A DNA stretch of 57,945 bases from contig CAZGVK010000093.1 of the NCBI GenBank assembly GCA_964529095.1, positions 1-57,945 on the forward strand, read 5' to 3'. The notes under the pieces were generated by a model, which ran no database searches, was not told the origin of the DNA, and worked only from the letters and a program-made list of their open reading frames with translations. Positions 1-9,519 of the stretch are shown piece after piece; positions within the stretch are counted from its first letter, which is position 1, and the number at the start of each line of letters is the position of its first letter. Both the position numbers and the translations under genes were made by a program. Source of the DNA: an uncultured Elusimicrobia bacterium. Lineage in GTDB: Bacteria; Elusimicrobiota; Elusimicrobia; UBA1565; UBA9628.

Positions 1-189
1 CAGTGTTCAGGAGACGCATATCGATCTGCCGGATTGGATGCAGTGAATCTATTTTCTTTTAGGCCCTTCGGCCCGCCGGACCTTCTCACAGCGCACGGCC
101 TTGTCGTCCTTGGGCAGGGCGAATGAACCGAGCCATAAGGGCGAGGCCGCTTTGCCAACGGATATTGGAAGCTGCATTTCCGCGCCCAT

Positions 190-294
190 GGCGCGGTCAG
201 AAGTGCCCCTTCCAAAATCCTAAAGAAATGGATCGAGCAACGCAGTTAGCGTGAAGCGTCGGCATCAAAACACATAGTTATTTTGCGCCAACCC
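190..294 (-). repeat. Intergenic repeat element, copy A (head GGTTGGCGCAA, about 105 nt)
   Basis: Read on the minus strand it begins directly after the TAA stop of the glycosyltransferase. It aligns by hand along its whole length with 43786..43891 on the plus strand. Single-nucleotide indels between the copies break every reading frame. Confidence 0.7.
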
Positions 295-1383
295 TTAGGA
301 AGCGTACAGCCGCGATAGATTTTCAAGCATGAGCTCGCGGGAGAATTTCCGCCGAACGCGCTCGCGCCCGGCGGCGCCGAGCTTGCGGCGGAGGGCCGTA
401 TCGTCAATAAGTTGCTGGCAACGCTCAAGCAACTCCATCTCGCTCTTGACGATAAACCCGGTGACGCCGTCTTCGATGGCGTCGCGATTGCCCGTATTGT
501 CGGAGGCAACGACGGGCAATCCGGCGGCCATGGCCTCAAGGACCGCGTTGGGCAGAGCGTCCCAGCGCGAGTAGTGGACAAACAAATCCAGAGCGCGCAT
601 GCGCTCACGCGCCTGCTCCGCCGTCAGCCAGCCGGTGAGCTCCACGCGGCCGGAGAGATTCATATTTTCGATGTGAGTTCGTATGCGCGGTTCGTCTTCG
701 CCACCGCCGATCCAGACGCAATTGATCCCGTTGCGCGAGTCGCTGAGACGCTGGGTGAGGAGAATCCAGGCGTCTGAATTGCGCGCGTAGGTCAGGCGCC
801 CGCAGGAACCGACGGCGAGGCCGTCGTGCGGCAGCGGTTCGCTGAAATTGCCGAGGTAAGCGTCGCAGATCGTGTGCACGAGGCCGCCGCCCAGAGCCGC
901 GGCGATAACGGCCTCTCCGGGAGCGCAGGCGATCGTCGTGCCCAGGTGCGAGGCGGCCTTCTCTATGGTCTTGTACAGGAAACGCATGGCCGCTGATCGG
1001 TCCTGCTGAAGAAAGCCGTAGCCGTGAGGTGTGTAGAACACGGTCTTGATGCCCGCCGCTTTGGCGGCGGCACGCGCGAGCGCCCCCGCTTTTGATGAGT
1101 GCGCGTGCACGATGTCGGGCTGGAGTTCAATAAAGAGTTTTTGGAGCTTGCGCATCGCGCCGAGGTCATTCATCAAGCTTATCTCGCGCATCATCTCCGG
1201 CACGAAGTAGGCGGTCTTAGCGCCGACGCACTTCGCGCGGTACTCCTCCGGCGAGCCCTCGCGCACGGCATAAACCAAAGTGACCTCAAAGCGCGAGGGA
1301 TCGAGGCCGTTACAGATTGCGGCCACCTGCTCGCCCGTGCCGCCGGGACCTCCGCACTCGACGACTTGTAATATTTTTCGCAT
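295..1383 (-). CDS. GT-B fold glycosyltransferase (GT4/GT1-like)
   Basis: Track ORF 295..1422 trimmed to ATG 1383, the first ATG after the upstream stop at 1392. The C-terminal stretch NAVLEAMAAGLPVVASDNTGNRDAIEDGVTGF is the typical GT4 nucleotide-sugar binding region. Confidence 0.8.
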   Translation of the reverse strand: MRKILQVVECGGPGGTGEQVAAICNGLDPSRFEVTLVYAVREGSPEEYRAKCVGAKTAYFVPEMMREISLMNDLGAMRKLQKLFIELQPDIVHAHSSKAGALARAAAKAAGIKTVFYTPHGYGFLQQDRSAAMRFLYKTIEKAASHLGTTIACAPGEAVIAAALGGGLVHTICDAYLGNFSEPLPHDGLAVGSCGRLTYARNSDAWILLTQRLSDSRNGINCVWIGGGEDEPRIRTHIENMNLSGRVELTGWLTAEQARERMRALDLFVHYSRWDALPNAVLEAMAAGLPVVASDNTGNRDAIEDGVTGFIVKSEMELLERCQQLIDDTALRRKLGAAGRERVRRKFSRELMLENLSRLYAS

Positions 1384-1391
1384 TGATGCGA

Positions 1392-2081
1392 TCAGTCGTC
1401 CACGCGATAGCGCAGGAGGCACCAGAGGTAGACGAAGCCGTCCTTCCAGGTGATTTTTTTTCCTTCAGCGTAGGTGCGTCCGGAATAGGAGATGGGGGTT
1501 TCGTAAAGGCGCAGACCGTTCTTGCAGATTTTTGCCGTCATCTCAGCTTCGATGCCGAAGCGATCGCTTTTGAGCCGGATCTCTTTTATTTTATCGGCGA
1601 CAAAGACCTTGTAGCAGGTCCCCATGTCGCTGAGGTTGACGTTGTAGAGCATATTCGTCAGCAATGTGAAGAGCTTGTTGGCTAAATAGTTCCAAAAAAA
1701 TAGAACCCGGTGCGGTCCGCCGAGAAAGCGCGATCCGTACACAGCGTCGGCGCGGCCGTCGAGAATCGGAACGAGGAGTTTCGGGTAATCCGCCGGATCA
1801 TATTCGAGATCGGCATCCTGGATGAGCACGATATCTCCGGTCGCGCGTTCCAGCGCCGTTCTAATGGACGCGCCCTTCCCCCGATTAAGTTCGTGCCGGA
1901 TCACGATCACGCGGCTTCCAAGACCGGCGAGCAGATCGCGCGTGCCGTCGGTGGAGCCATCGTCGACGATGATGATCTGCTTGGCGAGGCTCAGCGGCAC
2001 CATCTCGACGCGCCGCACGAGTTCGAGTATGGTGGCCTGTTCATTGTAGACCGGAATCAGGATAGAGAGTGTTTGGAACAT
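1392..2081 (-). CDS. GT2 family glycosyltransferase (Dpm1-like)
   Basis: 229 aa. LSILIPVYNEQ, IIIVDDGSTDGT and LIQDADLEYDP match the GT-A/DXD architecture. The start overlaps the upstream stop. Confidence 0.85.
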   Translation of the reverse strand: MFQTLSILIPVYNEQATILELVRRVEMVPLSLAKQIIIVDDGSTDGTRDLLAGLGSRVIVIRHELNRGKGASIRTALERATGDIVLIQDADLEYDPADYPKLLVPILDGRADAVYGSRFLGGPHRVLFFWNYLANKLFTLLTNMLYNVNLSDMGTCYKVFVADKIKEIRLKSDRFGIEAEMTAKICKNGLRLYETPISYSGRTYAEGKKITWKDGFVYLWCLLRYRVDD

Positions 2082-3565
2082 CAGGCGCAGGCAACGAGGA
2101 TTTCCGCTAGACGTCCCGCAAGGTCCTTGATTGCGGCTGCGTCCTTGATCCCGGCTATATTGATGCGCACGTTCTCAGCCGCACACAGCGCTGCGGCCTT
2201 GAGCAGATGTGCGGCGCAATTGATGTCCGAGGCCACGGCAGCGCCTGCAAGCGGCGCCGCCTGGCGCGCCGCAGCCAGCGCTCGGGCTGAGATTTGAGCG
2301 GTCTTGAGAGGAACCTCCGCTGCGTGCAGGAGCGCTGTCTGCATCTTTTCAGCGCGTGACTTGTCATCCTTCGGAAGCGATAGCGCCTCCATGAACCGCT
2401 CGAAAGCAGAGGCGTCCTCAGCCGCCAGTCGGTCGAAAATCGCGCGCATCTCTTCAAGCGACCGGCGCGCGACTTCAAGGGGCGCGCGCTGCACCTCGTC
2501 AAGTTTCTTCGACTTTAAAGTGATGCCGATGGCCATCTCCGCCAAGCCGCACCCCATCGCACCTGAAATCGCCGCTGCCGATCCTCCGCCTGGTGTCGCC
2601 TCTGTGTTCGACAAGGCTTCAGCGACGCGTTGCCCCGCCGCACGCCAATCGCCTTCCCTAATGGCACCGACGGCCTCAAGGCGGCTTTCAAGAATTTGAG
2701 CTTCAGGGTTAAAGTTTTCAAGCTGAAGCGTCTCGATCGCGAAATCCACAAGCGCCTGGCGCGGCAGGAGGCCGACGATTTCAGTGCTCTTAATGCGGGT
2801 CTTATGTTCCTTCACCAGAGCCAGAGTCGTTTCGAGAACCTTGGCTATCGAACTTTTTTTATAGTCCGTCAGCACGGTCGATATCTGCGTCTGTTTGCGT
2901 GCGACAAGATCAATCTCCTTGCCCCGCACCGACGGCAGGCCGCCACCGGAGGCGCGCACGCGCTTGGCGATGTCCTTTCCCACAGCCATGTCGTGAGTGT
3001 CGAGATTAAGATTGAAATTTACGATCTGTTGGCGCGCGCCCACGGCAACGGCCCCCGCCGTGGAATGAATGGCATTGGGGCCGAAGTCGGGCGTGCGCGT
3101 CTCATCTTTGCCGATCAAATCGCGCAGGCCTTCGAATTGTCCTTTCCGCACGTTGGCCAGATCTTTCCGTTCCGGGCGTCGCGCGGCATGATCGTATAGA
3201 TAGGCCGGTATTTTGAGCTCGTTGCCGATGCGCGCGGCAAGCGTCTCGGCGAGCTTGACGCAGTCTGCGATCGTCACGCCTGCGACGGGTATGAATGGAA
3301 TCACGTCGACAGCTCCCATGCGCGGGTGCTCGCCCTGATGGGCATTGAGGTCGATGAGTTCTGCGGCCATTTTCGCCGCGCGAAAACAGGCCTCGACGCA
3401 TGCCTCGGGTGCGCCGACGAAAGACAAAACACAGCGATGATGATCGGCGTCCGTCTCGACATCAAGGATCGCGACCCCGGCGGACTTCGCGGCGTCGACG
3501 ATTTTGCAAACCTTCGCCTGGTCGCGGCCTTCTGAAAAATTAGGGACGCATTCCACGAGCTTCAT
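2081..3565 (-). CDS. Glutamate formimidoyltransferase fused to a cyclodeaminase domain (FTCD-like)
   Basis: 494 aa. The N-terminal KLVECVPNFSEGRD is a formiminotransferase signature. The C-terminal 190 aa or so are Ala-rich, helical and cyclodeaminase-like. Confidence 0.8.
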   Translation of the reverse strand: MKLVECVPNFSEGRDQAKVCKIVDAAKSAGVAILDVETDADHHRCVLSFVGAPEACVEACFRAAKMAAELIDLNAHQGEHPRMGAVDVIPFIPVAGVTIADCVKLAETLAARIGNELKIPAYLYDHAARRPERKDLANVRKGQFEGLRDLIGKDETRTPDFGPNAIHSTAGAVAVGARQQIVNFNLNLDTHDMAVGKDIAKRVRASGGGLPSVRGKEIDLVARKQTQISTVLTDYKKSSIAKVLETTLALVKEHKTRIKSTEIVGLLPRQALVDFAIETLQLENFNPEAQILESRLEAVGAIREGDWRAAGQRVAEALSNTEATPGGGSAAAISGAMGCGLAEMAIGITLKSKKLDEVQRAPLEVARRSLEEMRAIFDRLAAEDASAFERFMEALSLPKDDKSRAEKMQTALLHAAEVPLKTAQISARALAAARQAAPLAGAAVASDINCAAHLLKAAALCAAENVRINIAGIKDAAAIKDLAGRLAEILVACA

Positions 3566-3586
3566 ATTGGTTGTCAGTTTTAAGGC

Positions 3587-4066
3587 TTACTGCGCAGCGG
3601 CGGGCGCCGTCGGCGTTCCGATCTTTTCGGCGATCATTGCCTTGGCGCCCTCGATAGCTTTATTCACATCCGCGGCGCGGTACTTCGCATGCTTGGCCTG
3701 GAATGTTTCAAGGACCTTGAGCCCTTCCCTGATATCCCCCTTGGTGAGTTGATCGACAGCCCCCTCAAGGACCATGTCGTAGCCGGTCTCTTTCCTGGCC
3801 TTCACGCTCTTGGAGTCTCCCTTGAGGAAGGGTTCATTGAGATCGGAGATGTTCTTCTTCACTTGCTCCTCCCCACGCACGGCCGCGACCGCTTGTGAAC
3901 TTCGACCCTTTTTGCGTTCACCGCCGACAGCGGACTTGGAGAGGGTGTTCTTTAGGTTTTTTAGAAAATCCGACCAGCTGGACTTGGCCAAGACGGCGGA
4001 TTTTTCCTCGGCATGCGCGGGCAGAATGAGCAACGCGGCAACTATGGCGATCAGTGTGATTTTCAC
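3587..4066 (-). CDS. Hypothetical secreted protein
   Basis: 159 aa with an N-terminal signal-like segment (MKITLIAIVAALLILPAHA). Same strand and tightly packed with its neighbours. No recognised domain. Confidence 0.5.
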   Translation of the reverse strand: MKITLIAIVAALLILPAHAEEKSAVLAKSSWSDFLKNLKNTLSKSAVGGERKKGRSSQAVAAVRGEEQVKKNISDLNEPFLKGDSKSVKARKETGYDMVLEGAVDQLTKGDIREGLKVLETFQAKHAKYRAADVNKAIEGAKAMIAEKIGTPTAPAAAQ

Positions 4067-4083
4067 GGTTTCTTCCTCCTCAA

Positions 4084-7000
4084 TCAGCTTCCTTTGATAA
4101 GGCTGTTCACGACCGGCTCAAAAGCGGGGGTCAGCGCTACGGCCTTTGCGCCCATCTCTCGAGCCTTCCCCATTTTCTTGAGGCGGATCGAGGTTTTGAC
4201 AAGGTTCATCCAGATCATCGCGTCATCGGCATCGACCTCGGCCGCCTGCATGTAGAGCTTCTCGGCAAGGATGTTGTCGCCCTCAATAAAGGCCACGCAA
4301 CCGAGGTTGTTGAGCGCCGCTGAATTAGCCGGATCAAGCGCCAGCGCCTTGTTGAACTCGACTACAGCCGCCTCGCGGTTTCCGAACTGATACTCAATGA
4401 TTCCCAACTGCAGCTGGGCCTCGACATCTTTGCCGTTTTTGCTGAGCTCGGACTCATAGTGCTTTTTTAAGAATTCATGTCGGTCCTTGGCAAGCATGTT
4501 GACCTGCTCGTTGTAGCGGCGCTCGAGCGTGGAAGCCTCCGGGACTTTCGGGCTGAAGTCGGTGGGCGGCATCGTAACCGGCTCGTAGGTGACCCAGGCT
4601 TGGTGCAGGCCGTACACCTTCACTCGACCCTTATCCGCCTCGGCTTTGTAGGCGGATGCCGCTTTAGAGACCGCATCCACAAACGGCTTGCCGATATAGG
4701 TCACCTCAATGGGAACCCACATCGTTCCCTCGTGTTCAACGAGCAGGTCGGCGGGCATCCCGGCTTCGGCCGCATCCTCGGCCTCAGTATCAAACATCAT
4801 AGTCATGTGGCCGGGGTAGTCGAGGATCGCGACACGGATATTGCTGTCCTCAAGCATGGCCGAGTACAGGGACGTGAGGTCGGAACACTGGCCGCTTTTG
4901 CTGCGCAAAGTCTCCCGCGGAAACTGCGTATAGTCCACTGGGAAGTTGGGATCATCGTGGGCGGTCTCAAATGGATTGGCCGAATTGGCGAAGAACTTGA
5001 GGCCGTACTCCGACAGCGCGTTCCAGAGACGCATCGCCTTGACTGTCGGCTCGTTGAGCGCTGTTGCCTTGGGATTCTTGAACTCAAAAGCGGAGACTCC
5101 GCGCACGAAGTCGCGCACCGGCGGGTCCTTTTGCGTCACAAAGTTTGCGATGCGCTGGGGATCCTGCCAGGTGATCGCGTTGCGCGAGTACAGGCGCAGA
5201 GGCTTTGTGATCGAAACCGTCTGCTGCTTGCCGCTCTCGAAGTAGGTCATCGTAAACTCTGCCTGGATCGGCGTGTCTTCGGTCACCTCAAGCACTTTAT
5301 TGTTGAGAGTTGCGATCAGCGGGACCGACACGGTTTGCTTAGGATCGAGCTTCTTGATCTCGGTGTCGAAGCCGAAATCCATGTAATCCTTAAGCTTAAA
5401 GGTCAGCTTGACGTTCTGAAAGGGCGCGTTGACGTTATTGGTGAGGAGCGCTGTTCCCATGGGGTTGAGCAGGTACCACTTATAGTTCGCGGCGAAAATA
5501 TCGCCGAGCGTGACCGTCGAGATCTCGACGGGCGAGCGGTTGAAGGATCCGGTGACGAACACCGGGGTCGCATGGCTGGCCGGGCCCACGTCTAAGGTTT
5601 TGGACTTGGTGGCGATGCGGTACCAGTAACTCTCGAACGGCGCGACCTCGCTATCCAGGAATGACTCGGTCTTCGTCTCGCCTACCGTCATCCACGGGCC
5701 CAATGTGGCTGTCGCGCGGGACACGATGTAGCTGTTCGTCCATGGGTCGGCGACGGGTATCCAGGAGATCAAGACAGCGCCGTCCGCCGTCTTTGTCGAG
5801 ATGCCGGCCGGCGCTGCGAGCAGAGGGTGCAGATCGTAGCTGAGGAGACGGCCCTTGCCCTTGTCGGCGATCATCAACTTGTCGCCCGAGACGGAGACGG
5901 CGATCGGCTCAAGGAGTTCGCGCTCCTGCTTGCCTCCCGCAAAGAAGTCCGTGAGCCATTTCCCATCCTTGGTATGGACGCTGATACGGCGCAACTGGGA
6001 ATCGAGAGTGTAGAGGTAGTTCTGACCATCGAAGGCGATCGAGATGGGCGACTTAAACTCACCGGGGCCGTCACCCTCTGAACCCCACGAGTTGATGTAA
6101 GCGCCGGAAGGTTCACACTTAAAAACCCGCTTGAGACCCTTGTCAACGAAGTAGACGAAGCCGTCTTTGTCCCAGGCGATCGCCACGGGTTCAATGAGCA
6201 TGTAGGCCCCGACCTTGGGTCCGAAGCCAAATAAGAATACGCCCTCGGGGCTGAACGCATCGATGCGCTGGTTGCCGGTGTCGGCCACATAAACCACCCC
6301 CTCGCCGTTGATCGCCACACCGCCCGGATTCTTCATACGGCCTTCCCGACGCTTATTGTCGAAAAAGCTCTGGGCCTCACCAACATTTGATTTCCATTTG
6401 CCGTCTAAACCGAACAGCTGCAGGCGGTGGTTGAGAACATCCGTCACATACAGGCCCTCGACCTTCGCCGATTTAATCGCCGCCATGCCGCCGACGCTGC
6501 GGGTGATGCCGGCTCCTTTTCCCTTCGAGACGCCGAAGCGAATACTTTCTTTGCCTTGAGCGTCGATCCGTATGAACTGCATTTCCTTCTGCAGCCAGGC
6601 GTACAGCTCGTCACCATGCGGTGCGATGATGGCGGCTGAATAGGGCCATGCCCGCGAAGGCCCGGAAACCGACATCTTCGTCTTAACATTCATTGGCAAC
6701 GGCTTTATTTTCAGCTTATTGGTCAGTTCGACGCGGTGAATGCGATTGTTGCCCGTGTCGAGCACAAGCAGAATTCCGTCCGGCGCCATCGCGATGCCCT
6801 CCGCCTTCTTCATTTGGCCGACACCTGATCCCAGTGAGCCAAAACGCCCCATAATAAAGCCTTCGCCGGACTGCTCAATAACCTTCCCATTCTTGCCGTC
6901 TACAATGTAAAAAAATCCGTATTGATCCACAACGAAGTCGTTGCCGAGCAAAGCGTATTCTTTTATAAACTTCGTGGAGGCGTCGAATTTCTGTAGGCGC

Positions 7001-7587
7001 TCATTGTTACGGTCGAGCACATAGATGTTGTCTGAAAGGTCCACGGCGACGCGCGCTGGATGATTGAGCAGGCCCGGATCCTTACCGTATCGACCGAACA
7101 GAAATAGGAGGATGCCCTCCTTGGTGAACACCTGGATGCGATTGTTGCCTGTATCAGAGACATAGATGCGGCCATCGGCGCCGACGGCAACCGACTCCGG
7201 ATTTTTAAGACGACCCGGTTCGGACCCCTTTTCGCCAAATGCGTAGACGAAGTTTCCGTCACGGTCAAAAATTTCGATGCGGTTGTTGCCGGTGTCGGCG
7301 ACATAGACATTGCCGCTGGGCCCAACGGCAATGCCGCGAGGCATGCTGAAGGATCCTTCATGGCTGCCGGATCGGCCAACGGATTTGATTAATTTCCCGG
7401 ACAAATCATAAAGGAGCATCGTGTTCTTCTTTTCGTCCACGACATAGAATCGATCGGTCGCCGCCGCGGCGGCGACGGGTTTGGCCAACTCGTCGCCCTT
7501 GATGGGTTCCAAAAATCGGATAGTGTCGTACGCGCGCGCGGACGCAGACAACAACAGGGCGAAAGCGACAAGTTTCATGCGGTTCAT
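4084..7587 (-). CDS. Large secreted multidomain protein: two NHL-repeat beta-propellers, an FN3-like module, a transglutaminase-like Cys-protease core, and C-terminal TPR
   Basis: 1167 aa with a signal peptide. Repeated motifs of the type V(A/S)DTGNNRI..F are NHL repeats. GQCSDLTSLYSAMLED...YPGHMTMMFD resembles a transglutaminase-like C/H/D core. TPR-like repeats sit at the C-terminus. Confidence 0.8.
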   Translation of the reverse strand: MNRMKLVAFALLLSASARAYDTIRFLEPIKGDELAKPVAAAAATDRFYVVDEKKNTMLLYDLSGKLIKSVGRSGSHEGSFSMPRGIAVGPSGNVYVADTGNNRIEIFDRDGNFVYAFGEKGSEPGRLKNPESVAVGADGRIYVSDTGNNRIQVFTKEGILLFLFGRYGKDPGLLNHPARVAVDLSDNIYVLDRNNERLQKFDASTKFIKEYALLGNDFVVDQYGFFYIVDGKNGKVIEQSGEGFIMGRFGSLGSGVGQMKKAEGIAMAPDGILLVLDTGNNRIHRVELTNKLKIKPLPMNVKTKMSVSGPSRAWPYSAAIIAPHGDELYAWLQKEMQFIRIDAQGKESIRFGVSKGKGAGITRSVGGMAAIKSAKVEGLYVTDVLNHRLQLFGLDGKWKSNVGEAQSFFDNKRREGRMKNPGGVAINGEGVVYVADTGNQRIDAFSPEGVFLFGFGPKVGAYMLIEPVAIAWDKDGFVYFVDKGLKRVFKCEPSGAYINSWGSEGDGPGEFKSPISIAFDGQNYLYTLDSQLRRISVHTKDGKWLTDFFAGGKQERELLEPIAVSVSGDKLMIADKGKGRLLSYDLHPLLAAPAGISTKTADGAVLISWIPVADPWTNSYIVSRATATLGPWMTVGETKTESFLDSEVAPFESYWYRIATKSKTLDVGPASHATPVFVTGSFNRSPVEISTVTLGDIFAANYKWYLLNPMGTALLTNNVNAPFQNVKLTFKLKDYMDFGFDTEIKKLDPKQTVSVPLIATLNNKVLEVTEDTPIQAEFTMTYFESGKQQTVSITKPLRLYSRNAITWQDPQRIANFVTQKDPPVRDFVRGVSAFEFKNPKATALNEPTVKAMRLWNALSEYGLKFFANSANPFETAHDDPNFPVDYTQFPRETLRSKSGQCSDLTSLYSAMLEDSNIRVAILDYPGHMTMMFDTEAEDAAEAGMPADLLVEHEGTMWVPIEVTYIGKPFVDAVSKAASAYKAEADKGRVKVYGLHQAWVTYEPVTMPPTDFSPKVPEASTLERRYNEQVNMLAKDRHEFLKKHYESELSKNGKDVEAQLQLGIIEYQFGNREAAVVEFNKALALDPANSAALNNLGCVAFIEGDNILAEKLYMQAAEVDADDAMIWMNLVKTSIRLKKMGKAREMGAKAVALTPAFEPVVNSLIKGS

Positions 7588-9020
7588 GCTTTGACGGCCT
7601 CCTTAATAAGCTTATTGACGAGAGCTGGATTCGCCTTTCCCTGAGACAGCTTCATAACGCCGCCCACGATGGAACCAATGGCGGCTTGCTTTCCTTTCTT
7701 TAAATCCTCGGCGGCCTTGGGGTTGGCTGAGAGGGCTTGTTGAACCCACTCGCCGACCTGCTTGTCGTCGGAGATCTGGGAGAGGCCCAACTCGACGACG
7801 AGTGTTTTTGGGGACCTGCCCGTCTCCCACATATGAGCGAAGACATCTTTGGCGCCTCGGGAGGATAATACGCCGCCGAGAATGAGCCCCGCGAGCTCGC
7901 CCAAATGCGCGGCGGCGACCGGCGACTCCGGCATGGTCTTTCCTTCGGCATTGAGGCGGGCCAGCATCTCGGTGGTGAGCAAATTGGACACGGTTTTAGC
8001 GGACCCTGCGGGAGCCGCGGCGACGGCTTTCTCGAAGTATTCGGCGAGCAGTTTGTCGCTGGTTAGAACCTCGGAGTCGTAGGAGGATAGCCTGAAATCG
8101 GAAATAAATCGAGCCCTTTTTTTTGCGGGCAGTTCGGGAAGATTCGCCTTGAGATCCTCGACCCAGCGCATGTCTGCAACGAGAGGCGCGAGGTCGGGAT
8201 CGGGGAAATAACGGTAGTCGTGCGCGTCTTCTTTGGAACGCATTGAGCGCGTCGCCTGGAGCGCGACATCCCAAAGACGCGTCTCCTGGATAATAGCGCC
8301 GCCCGACTCGATGACGGCGATCTGACGCCTGTGTTCATGCTCAATTGCGTCCTTTACGTTTTTGAACGAGTTTAGATTTTTTATTTCCGTGCGCGTGCCT
8401 AACTGATCCTGGCCAACGGGACGCACCGAGACGTTTGCATCGCAACGCATCTCCCCCTTCTCCATGTCGCAGCGCGAAACGCCGGTGAATTGGATGATCT
8501 CCTTCAGCGCGGCGAGATACGCGTACGCCTCCGCAGAGGAGCGCATGTCGGGCTCGCTCACGATCTCGATGAGCGGTATGCCCGCACGATTAAGGTCCAC
8601 CAGCGAGCCGCCGAGATCGTGGATGAGTTTGCCCGCGTCCTCCTCCAGGTGGATGCGCGTGATGCCTATCGTTTTCGCCTTGCCGTCAACGGTGATCGCG
8701 AGCTTGCCGTGCACGGAGAAAGGCTGATCGTATTGCGATATCTGGTAGGCCTTCGGCAGATCGGGGTAGAAATAATTTTTTCGGGAAAAAATCGACCGTG
8801 CGCTCAAGCGAGCCTCGAGCGCCAGCGCCGATTGAAAAGCGAGCTCGACCGCGCGGCGGTTGAGCGTCGGCAGGACTCCCGGCTGGGCCGAACACACGGG
8901 GCAGACACGGCTATTTGGATCTGAGCCAAAGCCGTCGGTGGCGCAGCCGCAGAAAAGTTTTGTCTTCGTGGCCAACTGACAGTGCACCTCAAGGCCGATG
9001 ATCAGTTCGTATTGTTTCAT
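7584..9020 (-). CDS. gatB: Asp/Glu-tRNA amidotransferase subunit B
   Basis: 478 aa with the canonical N-terminus YELIIGLEVHCQLATKTKLFCGC and full-length GatB-like sequence. Confidence 0.95.
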   Translation of the reverse strand: MKQYELIIGLEVHCQLATKTKLFCGCATDGFGSDPNSRVCPVCSAQPGVLPTLNRRAVELAFQSALALEARLSARSIFSRKNYFYPDLPKAYQISQYDQPFSVHGKLAITVDGKAKTIGITRIHLEEDAGKLIHDLGGSLVDLNRAGIPLIEIVSEPDMRSSAEAYAYLAALKEIIQFTGVSRCDMEKGEMRCDANVSVRPVGQDQLGTRTEIKNLNSFKNVKDAIEHEHRRQIAVIESGGAIIQETRLWDVALQATRSMRSKEDAHDYRYFPDPDLAPLVADMRWVEDLKANLPELPAKKRARFISDFRLSSYDSEVLTSDKLLAEYFEKAVAAAPAGSAKTVSNLLTTEMLARLNAEGKTMPESPVAAAHLGELAGLILGGVLSSRGAKDVFAHMWETGRSPKTLVVELGLSQISDDKQVGEWVQQALSANPKAAEDLKKGKQAAIGSIVGGVMKLSQGKANPALVNKLIKEAVKA

Positions 9021-9090
9021 GCGGCCTCTATTGTGAGTAAATTTTAGCGATAATGCCAGGCCGAAATGGATACGAGCCTTGGAACTCCAG

Positions 9091-9519
9091 TCACGCCTTC
9101 TGCATCGTCACGGTTAAGTATCGGGCAATCAGCCTTAAATCGCCGGAATACCGGAGCGACTTCGCCGCCGCTCTCTTGGCTACCCACTTCGTCTTCATGA
9201 TCTCGACTGCGTCTGAACGCCCCGTCTTCCTCAGCGCGACCATGCGATACCACTTAACTTTTTTAGCCACGGAGCGGCCGTTGCGATTAAAACGATAACG
9301 AATCAAGGCAAGCGGTCCGCTGCTCCGGCAACGCCAACCGGTCTCCTCCTCCACCTCGCGCAGCGCCGCTTGAAGCGGCGTCTCGCTCTTTTCTAAGTGA
9401 CCTTTTGGGAATGTCCAAACGATCTCGCCCTGAAGATTTATTATTTGCACAAGCAGAATTTTTCCGTTCCTTTCGACGATCCCGCCAGCGGCGTACTCTT
9501 TAGCTTCTTGCATTCCCAA
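9091..9519 (-). CDS. NUDIX hydrolase
   Basis: 142 aa with a Nudix box (GHLEKSETPLQAALREVEEETG). Confidence 0.8.
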   Translation of the reverse strand: MGMQEAKEYAAGGIVERNGKILLVQIINLQGEIVWTFPKGHLEKSETPLQAALREVEEETGWRCRSSGPLALIRYRFNRNGRSVAKKVKWYRMVALRKTGRSDAVEIMKTKWVAKRAAAKSLRYSGDLRLIARYLTVTMQKA

